The notes under the pieces: model-generated
Told to the model about the DNA's origin: nothing
What the model saw: only the letters and a program-made list of their open reading frames with translations
The model's database searches: none
Shown here: one piece after another, positions 24,162 to 37,033 of the stretch
Layout: each line of letters begins with the position of its first letter
How positions within the stretch are numbered: the stretch's first letter is position 1
Source of the DNA: Hormiphora californensis
Taxonomy: Eukaryota; Animalia; Ctenophora
Direction: 5' to 3'
Assembly (NCBI GenBank): GCA_020137815.1
Contig: CM035351.1
Span: forward strand, 7,812,001 to 7,876,000
DNA length: 64,000 nucleotides
Position numbers and translations under genes: made by a program

Positions 24162-25566
24162 ACTAGCTGTAGACTGATGTTGTGGGGTTACACCCCTTTG
24201 TTTCCCCTGTTTCGCATTAGCCTGATCTATATTATATACGATTTATAAGTTTTAAAAGTGTTTGGGTGTGAGTGCCATTATAGTGCTGTGACCAGGATCA
24301 ATCCTTTCAACTTCAGAGGTGCTAATGGACACGGCAGACCAATAAAATACCAGGGGCACAACCACGTGTGTGGGTTGGCCTCGGCATATATAAAGAAGTG
24401 ATTTTATTTTGAAGGGAGCTGTTGATACTGTACGTTCTGTGCTGATTATTATTTTTACTTAAAGTTCGTAGCTCCAAGTTACAAAAGTTAGCCCTGAAGT
24501 TATAAGTTTACCTACTAAAAACAAGTGTTCATAAATTAATTTGAGGTTATTGCGGTCAACTCACAATTGGCAATCATGTCGCTGTTGGAACTGGAGGGCG
24601 ACACGTTCATAGCTGGCATAGAACCGACCCCAGCAATGTTGATGTTAGTCATCATGTATGATTATAATGTTAAAGATACAATTTAAATTTCTTATTGCAA
24701 CGAAACCGATGTATATCGAATTAGTACCGGTATATATTGATACCTGGTGGTGGGGTTTCTTGCGGGAAAAGGATGGCCTATCTCTAAGGAAGAGATTTGG
24801 GCCAGTACGTTGTATCTTTTGCGGATCACAGAAGCAAATATATGGTATGGGTAATGTGTTGATCCCTGGGCCCAGTTCGCACCAAGAGGCCGACACTCTA
24901 CATGGCTATTGGCTGCACCGTCAACTGTAGGAACAACTACCGAAAAGTCAGAAATTGTTACCTAGAAATTGTAACTACTTTGATATTACTTATAATCTTG
25001 CTCTTACGCTCATCATCCTCTCACCGGTACTGTAACAGGCAAGATGATAGCATTCCAAAGCCCTGTCTGAAATTGTCAGGTAGTAACTAGTAGTACTACC
25101 TCCCCCTCCCACGATGATAGAGATTATGTTGCAGTGGTAGAACTAGAAGAAATGCAAATGACTACCTCGCAAGGACTACCAGTACCGCTAAGTACGAGCA
25201 GCACGGGAGATACACATTAAAGAAGTAGCTGATTAGCAATGAGCCAGAAACGGAGCTAAAAATTATGTATCACCAGTCTTGTAAGAAAACTTATTTCTAT
25301 GAAGTTAACTTCCAGCCAACTATAAAGACAAGCTCATCTGATAGTAGTGGACCGTAAAAAGCTGAAAGGAAAAGGCACTGTGTAGAAATTTAATGGCATC
25401 CGCTTTTGTTATACGACCACTTACTTATTTATATTGTGCATGTTTATCATATAATATTAACTTATTGACAGATATCATGATCTCATAAACGTACTATGAC
25501 AGCACCGTGGCAGAACACGGTGTAGAATGTAGATGTAAGGACCATAAATGATCCACACCTAACAAT

Positions 25567-27188
25567 GGCAATTTTGCATTTGCGGGCATCGCACTATAGA
25601 CGCAGTACCCATGTACTATAGACGCATTATAAACGCATTATAAACGCATTATAGACGCATTATAGACACACGCAATATAGACGCAATTTCGTAAGCAGCA
25701 CTATAGACGCAATATAGACGCATTATAACAGCAATATAAACGCATTTTTATAGACGCGACGCAGTATAGCCGCATTATAGGCGCACTACCCACCCCAAAA
25801 TCACCTTATAGACGCACTATAGACGCATTATAGACTGACTATAGCAGCACCATAAACGCTACATAGACCCATATAGACGCATGATAGAAGCATTATAGAC
25901 GCAAATCGCTTTTTATAGACGCCGCGTCTATAAAAAACGTGCTTTTTTAAGAAGCACTATAGACGTACTCCAGGCTACAGTGCGATATTTGAGGCGCAGT
26001 TGGGCGTTTTATAAACGCATTTTTGTCGCATATAAAAGGAAGCAGTATAGACGCATTATAGACGCAGTATAGCCGCATGTGTGCGAAATGGATAAAGACG
26101 CAATATAGACGCAAAATAAGAAGGAGAGGGAGAGAGAGGGAGGGAGGGAGGTGAGCGGAGGAGAGGGAAAGGGGGAGGGAGGGATACAGGGACAGAGTGA
26201 GAGACAGAGACAGACGGATAAAGACCTGCGACAGACGGACAGAGTAAGATGGAGAGAGAGTAAGATGGAGAGAGAGTGAGATAGGGACGGAGTGAGACAG
26301 AAAAAGACAGAGATGGAAACAAACGGACAGGGACAGACGGACGGACGGACAAACACGCCCTTACTATCTCCCTCTCTCTCTCTATCTTAATCTCTCTCCC
26401 TCTTACTCTGTCCGTCTGTCTTAGATCTTTGTCCATCTGTCTAGTGTCTCTGTCTGATCTGTCTCTGCATCCCTCCCTCTCTCCATCTTTCCCTCTCTCC
26501 ATCTTTCCCTCTCTCCATCTTTCCCTCTCCTTCCCTCTCCCTCCTTCCCTCCCTCTCTCCATCTGTCTCTGTCTGATCTGTCTCTGTATCCCTCCCTCTC
26601 TCCCTCTTTCCCTCTCCTTCCCTCTCCCTCCCTCCCTTTTGCGTCTATATTGCGTCTTTATATCGATTTCGCACACATGCGGCTATAATGCGTCTATAAT
26701 GCGTCTATACTGATTCTTTTTATATGCAACAAAAATGCGTTTATAGTTCGCCCAACTGCGCCTCAAATATGGCAGCGTGCGTCTGAGTACGTCTATAGTG
26801 CTTCTTTAAAAAGCACGTTTTTTATAGACGCGGCGTCTATAAAAAGCGATTTGCGTCTATAATGCTTCTATCATGCGTCTATATGGGTCTATGAAGTGTT
26901 TATGGTGCTGCTATAGTCAGTCTATAATGCGTCTATAGTGCGTCTATAAGGTGATTTTGGGGTGGGTAGTGCGCCTATAATGCGGCTATACTGCGTCGCG
27001 TCTATAAAAATGTGTTTATATTGCTGTTATAATGCGTCTATATTGCGTCTATAGTGCTGCTTACGAAATTGCGTCTATATTGCGTGTGTCTATAATGCGT
27101 CTATAATGCGTTTATAATGCGTTTATAATGCGTCTATAGTACGTGGGTACTGCGTCTATAGTGCGATGCCCGCAAATGCAAAATTGCC
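25567..27188. mobile_element. 1.6-kb foldback element (Mutator/Foldback-like) with long modular inverted arms
   Basis: GGCAATTTTGCATTTGCGGGCATCGCACTATAGACGC... mirrored at the right end. Arms are built of TATAGACGCA subrepeats around a GA/CT centre. 9-bp TSD CCTAACAAT (25558-25566) / CCTAATAAT (27189-27197). Confidence 0.9.
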
Positions 27189-28885
27189 CCTAATAATTAT
27201 AAAGTGCAAAGAGGCACAAAGATCGGGTTTGTTGCTACTATAAATCGGAGGTATCTGTACCACTCGTACTGATACAATACTAGAATTAGAAATGCCCATA
27301 GTACTTATGTTGGCAGGAGTCAAAAGTGGTCACCTTTCTGCTATGAGAAAACCTGACCGGCTATCTACAGGGTGTCAGATTTGCAGCCAATGCTATGTAG
27401 ATATCGAGGAGCTGCAACTTACGAAAGGTCTTGAGTCTTGCAAGAATATGGAGGCTTTTTGCAAGTTTAACCAAAGATATCAGAGGGTAATGGAAGTATG
27501 ATCACCAGCTCATTTCTACATGTCCTACCCTCTATCGGTGGAGCAGAGGGATTCTTCCTACCTCCATCAACCGGCTGGGAGTTATGAATACCGCCCGACT
27601 CAAACCCTTCAAATTAGTAATGCATATGATAATACCACCATCATCTCCAGATAAGCTGGATTTGGTACTTTACTGTTAGTTATTACTTAATTATTATTAC
27701 TTAACTATAATTACTATTAGAGATAAATGGAGAAATGTACAACCGTATATTACGTATATGGAAACGTCGCAGCAAAATACCTCGCACAGTTTGGCTTGGA
27801 CAAAATAGTCGTGGATGTAGTACAGCAGTATACGGGACTCTATCAATCCGGGGTGTGAGGCGATCACGATATGACTACCCAGTACCCACACCCCGCACGC
27901 CATTGTTCTCTAGATAAGGTTGTGATAATTAAAGTGGTCGATACAGCCTACAAGAGATGTCCAGGACTAATGCTTCCCGATGTCCCTACTAGACAAGTGC
28001 CTGACATATTTTGACGAGGTATGCCCTGAAAATGAACCCTGTAATTCTCCTGGACGATATATTATAGACTTTGTTTCAGTATAAATTGTAATTATTGTCG
28101 ATGTTGTACAACAATATGGGACCTGGATTCGGGGTGTGGATGGATATTATTGACGTGAACCGCCGAGACGAGGAGACAGAGGATACCACCGAGAGGATTC
28201 TATCTTATAAATCCTGACTCAGGATAGTCAACGATACCACCGAGGATTTCACCGATAGGAGGAGGGGGCGGGTGCAGGCTGTCAGCTACCGAATGTTGTA
28301 ACTACTATAAAAAGTGGAAAAAACTTATTGAAAATCACTTCTTGAGCTACCAGTGAAATCGTTGTATTTAATTTGTCAAATACTATGAGTGAGAGCTTGC
28401 AGACGAACCAGGCAACAACACCCAGACCCAACATATATCTGACTTTTACGAGCTGGTGGCCATATTTCTCACTTTCCCTAAACCAGACGGTGAACTACAG
28501 CACAGTGGTATAGTAGTTAGCCCCGAATTGTTAAAAGAAGAGTTCACATCGTTGGTTCCAAGCCTATACAGTCTATTAAAAAGCATCTTTGATAATTTGG
28601 CAGCTTGCTTGATGCACGATCGAAGGAACTCAAGTGTAACCCACCCCAATACAGTCAAACAAGACTTTTATCACTCACATTTCAGGCATAATACATGTTC
28701 TATTTGGTTGGACAACATGTGCGTAAACATAAGTGTTAACTTACTGACAAAGTTAGAATGTTTGTTATCTGTGCGTAGATAGTCGGAGGTTTTTTATTTA
28801 TTCATTTATTGGTAATATATTCGCCCCCTGGGAAGGTAAAATCGAGTTTCCGTTTATCATATAATGGAAACATACATACCACTAC

Positions 28886-29093
28886 TGTATCTGGAGAGAA
28901 GCTTCTTCTCCAACTTGTTGACAAAAGTGGCACTTGCAGGATCCTGGATAAGCTGATAGTGAGGAAGTTCATGACAAAACAGGGAACTAGCTCAAGCTGC
29001 CAGCAGCTACCACCCACATCAGCTGCGTTCGCACAACACTCCCTCCGAGTATACCATCAGGTTCAAGAGTGGATGGGTACAAGGGAAAACTAA
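28886..29093 (+). mobile_element. Academ-type transposon XPG-like nuclease fragment, copy 1
   Basis: GEKLLLQL..LDKLIVRKF..QLPPTSAAFAQHSLRVYHQVQEW (LPPT..A..QH.LR...Q...W motif). Confidence 0.65.
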
Positions 29094-29512
29094 GCTACTG
29101 AAGAATGTAAGATTTTTCGTTCTTCAAGATAATATATTATTTGGTATTTGTTTGATAGCAATTAGTCCAATGATTATCGATTCTAAAGTCTGTTTAACTA
29201 TACATATGGATAAGTAATTATATATTAATAGTTTACTTGTTTACACAACGAATACAAGCTTTGTCATTTCAGCAATCATAATCCCCTTCTACGTGGAGAC
29301 ATCAACTCAATATCAGTTACTTGTTGAGTAAAGGGCTTACTACAAGAATTACAGAAATAGAAATTAGAAATTAGCGTATAATGTAATACTTTCAATGTAG
29401 TGGTACGGTCATGGGCGCAGGACGAAGAACTGGCAGGGAATCCTTTAATTAAAATATATTTGCAGGGAGCTTGTGAAAACCATCTAGTAGAAGAATAGTC
29501 ATACATAGGGGA

Positions 29513-29656
29513 CCAGTTACAAAATTTGAAACTGATGTCAGTTTCAACTCCGCAACTGGACCAGCTACACAATTTGAAACTGATGTCAGTTTCAATTCTG
29601 CAACTGGACCAGTTACAAAATTTGAAACTGATGTCAGTTTCAAATTTTGTAACTGG
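29513..29656. repeat. ~48-bp tandem repeat x3 ending in a palindrome (small TIR insertion)
   Basis: CCAGTTACAAAATTTGAAACTGATGTCAGTTTCAA units, with terminal inverse TCAGTTTCAAATTTTGTAACTGG. Absent from the paralogous segment at ~37950. Confidence 0.8.
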
Positions 29657-29932
29657 AGCGTAAGACCAGCAAAATGGAAGATTACGGAAATATACAATGA
29701 CACGTTTATCGAAGCACACCACAGATCTAGTCGAAGAAGAATACCGTATGATGTTATGAACAATATTATTGTCAATCTAGACGATGCTGGGGATCCAGTG
29801 GATCATGACATAATGACCATATAATCCAGGGGGATATTGGTATCTTATCATATTTGATAAGTGTAGAAATGTGGTGAAGTACTATGACTTCACCAGTGGA
29901 GATGCTGCTATTTATTCTGATATTTATATGAG

Positions 29933-30580
29933 GTATAAACTCTGGCCACTGGCGCGTTATTTCAGATAACTTTCTCCCAGCGCGCCGCTGGGAGAAGTTA
30001 GCTGAAGTTTATCCGCCGCTGGCGGATAAACTGGTTTAAATCACGACGACGATCCCGAGGCGGAGCCGAGGGAGAGGCGGAGGGGTTTAAACCTATAACG
30101 TGCCAGTGGTCAGAGTTTATAGGTTATATACCCTGCTTTAGTTGTTTATTTCAAGTATTACACACCAACAAGAGAGAGAACACTAATCAAAACACTCAAA
30201 GAGGACTGAGAAATAGTTAAAACACCTCACAATTGAGTGTACACTGTTTGGTAACAGTTACTAAGCAGTTGCTAAGGAAAGAGAGTGAAAGAAATAGCCT
30301 GATAAGGGGCATGTCACACATAACACAGAGGAAGAGATAGTGAGACAAAAGGGGAGATAAAGAGAGAGTAATTGACGGAATGTGTCCTTTCTTTCTCTCC
30401 AATGTAGTGTGTAAGTGTTGCACATAGTGTTCCCTCTGTATTTTAGTAAGAACTGATCATTTACACACACTTTGAATGTTCAAATAAATAACCTGCCAGT
30501 GGGAAATAATCTGCCGCTGGACTGGCTGTTTATTGAGAGCGCGCTAGTGGGACTGGCGGGTTATTTAAGTTAGCAGGGTA
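29933..30580. mobile_element. Non-autonomous insertion with two adjacent inverted-repeat pairs (possibly Crypton-like)
   Basis: Flanked by TATATGAG (29925-29932, 30581-30588), and the empty site is seen at ~31573-31595. IR pairs 29935/30095-30121 and 30125/30572, with an internal CCGAGGCGGAGCCGAGG motif. Superfamily call is tentative. Confidence 0.65.
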
Positions 30581-30989
30581 TATATGAGTGTCAAAGTAGG
30601 CGCGATACTAAACTAGTAAGCCCTGTGAAAAACATCGTTAATACGAATATGTCTTTAGTGACGATTACATTATACTGAACGAGAGAGCAGTTATAGTTCT
30701 TCAGAAAATTGGCGACATACCATGTTAACATGAAGAAGAATACCATGCCACAACTATTTATAAACTAGAAAGCTATAACAATTTCTTTAAATGACACTCC
30801 GACCGGACGAGCTGTAGCCAGCGAACGATACAGAAGTAACTCACCCTTCAATGCGACCCAGATGACCTACCAGTCCAATCGGTAAGTAAACCATTTTTAA
30901 TGATGACCACTATCTTCATCAGAGGGAGAACGTACACTGTTGATGTAATTAAGCAGATGGTTGCTAGCCTTCCTAATCTTGTCATGACC

Positions 30990-31080
30990 ACCATTCTTGC
31001 CAACCACGCCTTCCTTGGATGTGACACCACCAGTTCCATTTTCAGGCAAGGGAAAACTAATCTACTGAAGAATGTAAGAC
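30990..31080 (+). mobile_element. Academ-type XPG-like nuclease fragment (H2TH motif)
   Basis: HAFLGCDTTSSIFRQGK. Confidence 0.65.
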
Positions 31081-32005
31081 TGAGTAACCGTAGAAGGTAA
31101 TTTTTCGTTCTTAAAGATAATATATTATTTGGTATTTGTTTGATAGCAAATAGTACAATGATTATCAATTCTAAAGTCATTCTGTTTAACTATACAGATG
31201 GCTAAGTATTTATATGTTAGTAGTTTACTTGTTTACAGAAAGAATACAACCTTTACCATTTCAGCCGATCAAAATCGAACGAAAGGACTGATCCCTCAAT
31301 TAAACCATTCAACTTTGGAGGTTGTGTAGACCATGCAACAGAATAATAGGACCAGCAAAATGGAAGATTACGGAAATATGCAATGACACGTTTATCGAAG
31401 CACACGACAGATCTAGTTGAAGAAGAATACCGTTTGATAAACAATCTAGACGATGCTGGGGATCCAGTGGATCATGACATATTGGTATCTTATCATATTT
31501 GATAAGTGTAGAAAGGTGGTGAAGTACTATGACTTGACCCGTGGAGATGCTGATATTATTTATTCTGATATTTATATGAGTGTCAAAGTAGGCGCTACTT
31601 AACTAGTAAACCCTGTGAAAAACATCGTTAATACGAATACTTTTATTCGCCTCAACACTATCATGTAATTCGAAAATCCCTGCAGTTGATTCAAAAGAAT
31701 ACGACAGAAACCGAGGTCGGGTTTACACTGCAACTGTGGTTCCCACGGCTAAACCATGAATCGGTTCTGTATAGCATATTTAAAGTCGGGTTCTTTGTGG
31801 ACGATAATTGTTACAAGCTGACCAGGTGGGCAATCAGCTTCGGGAGGCTCTGACATCTAGGGTCACGGAGTAGGGGGAGAGGGCTGAATTATTGTATTAT
31901 GACTTTATAATAATATCTTTATTTCTTGTGTACCTAAAAAGAATTGTATGAACACTGCACAGCATTACTAACCCGAGCTCTTGTTCCCCACTATAGTGTA
32001 TTACA

Positions 32006-32455
32006 ATGGAGGCCAACATGGAGATCAACGCAGCTGGGAGAGTCGATGTAGGCACCCAGATCTACCCCTGTGATGGAGCTACTCCAATCAGACTAGTGCC
32101 AGTCCGGGATTACGTGGAGTTCTTAGAGGAACTTTTGGATACCCTCAGCGAAGAGGACACGGTTCCGCGGAGGCTTCTCGCCATTCGAGATGAGCGGAAC
32201 AAGAGGGGCCAGGCATCGGCCGCCATCATGGCGTATCCTGCTCGCCAAGGGGTGTTGGCAGCCGCGAAGGAGCTCTTTGCAGCTATTGGGAAGAGCGTGA
32301 ACGAGTTCTTACAGCACGGGTCGCTAGAGGAAGTCAAGGTGGAGGTCATGTTTGGCTTAGAGACTTTATGGGCGTACGGGCGTCAGCGACGATACCCGGT
32401 CCGGCAGAATAATGAACGGGGTCGGGAGCACGCCCGAACTCGTGCGGAATATTAG
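32006..32455 (+). CDS. Family A small protein, intact intronless 149-aa ORF of unknown function
   Basis: Open ATG-to-stop. The protein is strongly conserved with the 23633-24161 copy while third codon positions differ frequently. Confidence 0.8.
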   Translation: MEANMEINAAGRVDVGTQIYPCDGATPIRLVPVRDYVEFLEELLDTLSEEDTVPRRLLAIRDERNKRGQASAAIMAYPARQGVLAAAKELFAAIGKSVNEFLQHGSLEEVKVEVMFGLETLWAYGRQRRYPVRQNNERGREHARTRAEY

Positions 32456-33282
32456 AGGGATGTAAATGTTTGAGGCATCCTGTATAATAATTATGTTATA
32501 TACAATTATGTTATGTACAGTATACAATTTAAGTTTACTATTGCAACGAAACCGATGTAGATCGAGCATGATCAATTCTGTTCATTGTCTCTTTCCTGTG
32601 AGTAGTGTAGTGAGAGGAGGATGAACTGATCATTGACGCAGCTCTGATCAGTTGTCTCCTCCATGAATGGTGTAGCAGGGATTTGATTTTTTTTGTTTGT
32701 TGTTTTATTATGTAGCACGAGTGTATTTCTGATTATGGTAAATTTATATTTCCTGGAAATTGCATTTGCAAATTTCTACCCTGCAAATTGTGTCCGTTGA
32801 TTACCGGGGCAAGGGTTGTGTTGCGGTGCATCTGCAGGAGAGGGTGGATGTACGGTTTGGCATTGCATCACTATTCATTGCGCCTCTTTGGTATCAATCG
32901 GGAATAGAGACATAGTGGCGGGTTCAAATCGTAGCCTATTTAGTAAAATAAACATGGCTCGCAGATCGGTTCCAACTTGCAAAGTTGGTGATGAGGGTTG
33001 GACCGCTATCTGCAAGCCACCGTGCAAGAAGTACCAGTCACCAGATCAGTGAACCATTCAGGTAGTTAGAGAGTTCGGCTTGAGAAGAGAGAGCGAGCTG
33101 CGAGATAAAAGTCCCTAGCAAAGACCGCTATCAAAATATTTACATTTATAATTGGGAAATCTGGAAACATCATGTATCGTTGAGTTTGACAATTCAGTTC
33201 TCCCACCAACCTAAAACATTACGTGTCTCTGATCGTGTACCAACTACTTTGCAAACACCATTCCAACTGAACCCCGGATTCA

Positions 33283-33582
33283 GAGGCCCACAGGGAGCTC
33301 TGGGATTCGGGGGTAGGGTGCATTATGGGGGCCAAGTTGTGTTACTTTTGTTGGGAGGATTTGGAGGGGGCTTTGGTAGATGTCAGGGTGGGTCGGGCCA
33401 TTATGGATATAGAGGGATATAGTAACCCATGGGGCTGGGATGATATCTTGAATCGGGCACGGGGAGGTATGGACACTAGGAGGCACCGGGCGGAAAATCA
33501 TTATTGGGTCAGGGGGGAAATGGGGCCTGATCGGAGCTCATTGCCGCGGTGGACTTTGGGCACGGGGCGCTACTGGAGCTGA
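33283..33582 (+). CDS. Unknown Cys/Trp-rich small-protein family B, copy 1 (5'-truncated)
   Basis: WDSGVGCIMGAKLCYFCWEDLEGALVDVRVGRAIMDIEGYSNPWG; paralogue at 39323-39628. Confidence 0.55.
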   Translation, partial: EAHRELWDSGVGCIMGAKLCYFCWEDLEGALVDVRVGRAIMDIEGYSNPWGWDDILNRARGGMDTRRHRAENHYWVRGEMGPDRSSLPRWTLGTGRYWS

Positions 33583-33989
33583 CCAGGTGGGCAATCAGCT
33601 TCGGGAGGCTCTGACATCTAGGGTCACGGAGTAGGGGAGAGGGCTGAATTATTGTATAATGACTTTATAATAATATCTTTATTTCTTTCGTACCTTAAAA
33701 GAATTGTATGAACACTGCACAGCAGAACCAGAACGAGCGGGCAGGATCTGAGGCGGGCCTTGGAGCCGCGGAGGAGGTGATGGCAATGCTGGAGTGGCAG
33801 CTCTTACTATATTTGGTGTTACAATCCATGCAGCCCTTGATATCCCCGTAGAGCATGGTCAAACGCCTAAATACACATTCTACAAAGGCGAGAAGCTTCA
33901 CCGAACTAGGCAACTTAAGTGCTATCAGACCTTAAATGTGTCATAATCGATGAAGTTAGCATGGTTTCTAACGTGGAGGCTGAACAACG

Positions 33990-34110
33990 GGACATGTAAA
34001 AAGCAAGATTGCACTGGACAACTTCTTCTTTATGTGTCTGGGTTTGGTGGCACATGGAAAACCTACCTGATTACTGCACTGACAGGATTCTGTTTTGTAC
34101 AGAAAAAGGA
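33990..34110 (+). mobile_element. PIF1-family helicase Walker A remnant (Helitron-type); second copy at ~40575-40700
   Basis: QLLLYVSGFGGTWKTYLITAL (degenerate GxGGTGKT). Confidence 0.65.
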
Positions 34111-34794
34111 CATGGAACAGAATATAATTATCATGATTATAAGATCTAATAATGTTTGTATTGGGACTGTATCCTGGCCATTAGCCAGTTAAAACTGTGC
34201 ATGTGCTTCATATCAAGAAGTCTTGGTGACATTATGACTTAGTATTTAACTATTCAATATCACTATTTTCATCTTTTATGCATTTTGGAGGTTTGAACCT
34301 GTTTTTCATACTTTTTTGTCGTATCTTTTGTCGTATCTTTTGTCACATCTTTTGAAATATCTTTTATAACATCTTTTGTCACATCTTTTATCGCATCTTT
34401 TGTCATATCTTTACACCTCTAGTAATAGTTCCCTTGATTGTAATTGCCACAAGTATTATAACTGAAAGTGACCCTTGTTTACTATAGCCATAAAAAGCTA
34501 CCTACTGCATGGTAGAAGGGATATTGTGGCAGCTCCCTGCAACTCAGGGAACTCCTAAACGAGAATGCCGCCCTCAAAAGGCATATCTCCCAACTGGAGA
34601 AAGAAATCTCATGAGCCAGTTTCCCTGTCGACGGGGAACATCGTGGAGGAGGCCCACCATTCTGCAATGAGTCACCTCCATTGAGGAGGCAGCAGCTCTA
34701 CCACGCGACAGACCCTCTATGAGAACTCCCTAGATTTTGAATCATACATCATCCCTAGATTTTGAATCTTACATCGTGGGGAGTGAGAAGAAGC

Positions 34795-35050
34795 ATGACT
34801 CATGAGCCCTGCGGATTCGCTATCCAATCCGTCGTATCTGACCCTGATTTTCAACAGTCACCTCTAGTTTATAGAGATAGTGGAGCAGGCAGTGCGATGG
34901 TGGCTAAATCTTTGGAATCGCCCATAATGAGTATAATCTTGCACAACAGGAAAGAGGGAAAACGATTTCGGTGCTTCTACATAATTTAAAGGTAGTTAAA
35001 TTCACTCGGTGGCTAGCAAAAGATAGAGTCAGGGACCATTGCCATCAAAC
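34795..35050 (+). mobile_element. Polinton/Maverick protein-primed DNA polymerase B fragments (scrambled order)
   Basis: THEPCGFAIQSVVSDPDFQQSPLVYR; GIAHNEYNLAQ..ISVLLHNLK; KDRVRDHCH. Confidence 0.7.
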
Positions 35051-35598
35051 AACTCGTCGCGTAATTGCTACAAGGAGTGTTTGTCCATATATTCACTTTT
35101 TAATTTATACATTTCAACAATTCAATATTTTCGATGAAAAAACGGATCTAGAACAACCGCCCACTATCTTTATAGAGACACGGGATCCTTATGAACGTTG
35201 TATATAGAAAAGTACTGTGGGGTGGGAGGAACGAAATGCCTTTGACTGCAGTCGACTGGAAAAAAGGCAAGAAATTTTCGGTATCAACCGACTCAGCAAC
35301 CAACCACTCGACAGACCCTCTATGAGAACTGCCTTAAATCAGCCGTAACAAGGCAGAGGTGCTGAACTAGATCAATCGAGAAACTGTCCCGGCTATGTTG
35401 GTCCACTCTCACTTTAAATTGGATATCTATTGATAAGAATGGTAAGCCGGCCCAATACAGGACAAGGAACAGGGTGGTTCTATATACGCCTCCCCCGGTG
35501 CCAGTCGTACACCAACGCTCCCCCGCCCACAACCTTCCCCCTGTCGATAACAGACATGATGCAGCGTCGTTACTAACTACATATATCTATCTTTAAAA

Positions 35599-36069
35599 AT
35601 GGGTGATCATCTGTACGTAAAGGCATACCTCCAAGGCCTCGCTAGGGTGATGAAAATGGATGAGGAGGCCCATGCTCCACCGGCCGCACCGGCAAATAAA
35701 AGCCAAAATTTCGGTTTGGTTTGGAAACCAAAACCGAAATGCTGGTTCTGCTCACAACCTGGGCACATCGAAAAACGTTGGTAAGAGAGATATGATTACA
35801 TTTCGTTAATTGATTTCCCCTTTTCCGATTTCCATGACTCCTCGCTGATTGATCATTGATAAAGCTGTTTGTGAAACACTCATCAATCCCAAATATCTCG
35901 TTTCAGCTGGGTCAAGCATGGTAAGCCGGCCAAAAAGAAAAAAAGAGTGGTACCATATACCTTGGAAGGCCTGGATCTAATGGACCCACAGGAGATGCTG
36001 GTGCCCCTGATAAGCCCAGTGAAGAGGGAGAATGCGATACTGATGGACGTAACGGAATATGGGTTGTAA
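35599..36069 (+). CDS. Two-exon 114-aa CCHC zinc-knuckle protein
   Basis: Exon 35599-35780 ends TG|GTAAGA and exon 35907-36069 starts TTTCAG|C. Splicing creates the fourth Cys: CWFCSQPGHIEKRC-WVKHGKPAKKKKR; total 345 nt in frame. Confidence 0.72.
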
Positions 36070-36257
36070 GTTGTTTGTTACTGTTTTTTACCCTTGTTGT
36101 TTGTTATTGTCACTTTTCTAGTTATATGGACTAGTAAACCCGTTCGCCCTACGGGCAAATTTCGGGGAAATAGTAGCTGGGTTAAGGAGCACTGACATTT
36201 CCGCGAAAAACTGTTGGTTATAATACACTCGATGGCTGGGAAAGAATAGGGTGCTGG

Positions 36258-36370
36258 GTGAGAGACCATTGCCACGAAACGGGTAAATTCCTTGGAATCG
36301 CCCACAACAAGTGCAATCTTGCACGGCAGTAAAGAGGAAAAAGGTTCTGGTGCTTTTACATAATTTGAAG
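36258..36370 (+). mobile_element. Polinton pPolB endonuclease-VII-like/exonuclease fragment
   Basis: VRDHCHETGKFLGIAHNKCNLARQ..KKVLVLLHNLK. Confidence 0.8.
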
Positions 36371-36767
36371 GTAGTAGTAGGATGAGGCACCCAATATAAT
36401 TGGTACCTTAGAACAATACATGTGCATCGAGACTAAACATTTCCGGTGGGCGGTGGGTTATATGCCAACGTTTATATGCCAACCATTGATCTAAACTATA
36501 ATTCATTCTTTAACTATTAATATTGAACTCCTGATATTCACGTGGGAGCCAGTCTTGTTCGTCATGAATCCTTCACCTTGCGAGTGTGCGTTGTCCCATG
36601 AGGAGTGGGTGGCCATAAACCACCTGCTCCCCTGGGACAAAACGTGCGATGAAATCGCCATTGGCGTAACCCCGCTCTGGCGAGGATCGCGTGTATTCTA
36701 CACCCCGTGCGAGGCCGCTCGCGAGGCCATGTCCGTAAGTAGTTACTCTCCAACACATCTCTATACA

Positions 36768-36818
<51 letters not shown>

Positions 36819-37033
36819 CTTATACGTCCACCTGCCTTGCTCAACCCCTGAATAACACCACACTTCTTTGCAAATGTTGAGGAGCGAAATAAATTTTTTG
36901 GATTTCTATAACGTGCTGATTTTCTTGGGATTAGCTGATATTTAACCCCGTAAGTGTCATTTTCCGAATGTGTGATGAGAGAATTAATAGTTAATTAACT
37001 ATTAATTAATTAACTATAACTTATTCTTTCTAG

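Noticed and set aside
29513-29656. CRISPR-like appearance of partly palindromic repeats (also 55717-55870 and 9972-10150)
   Set aside because: Units are contiguous without unique spacers, there are no cas genes, and the context is eukaryotic.
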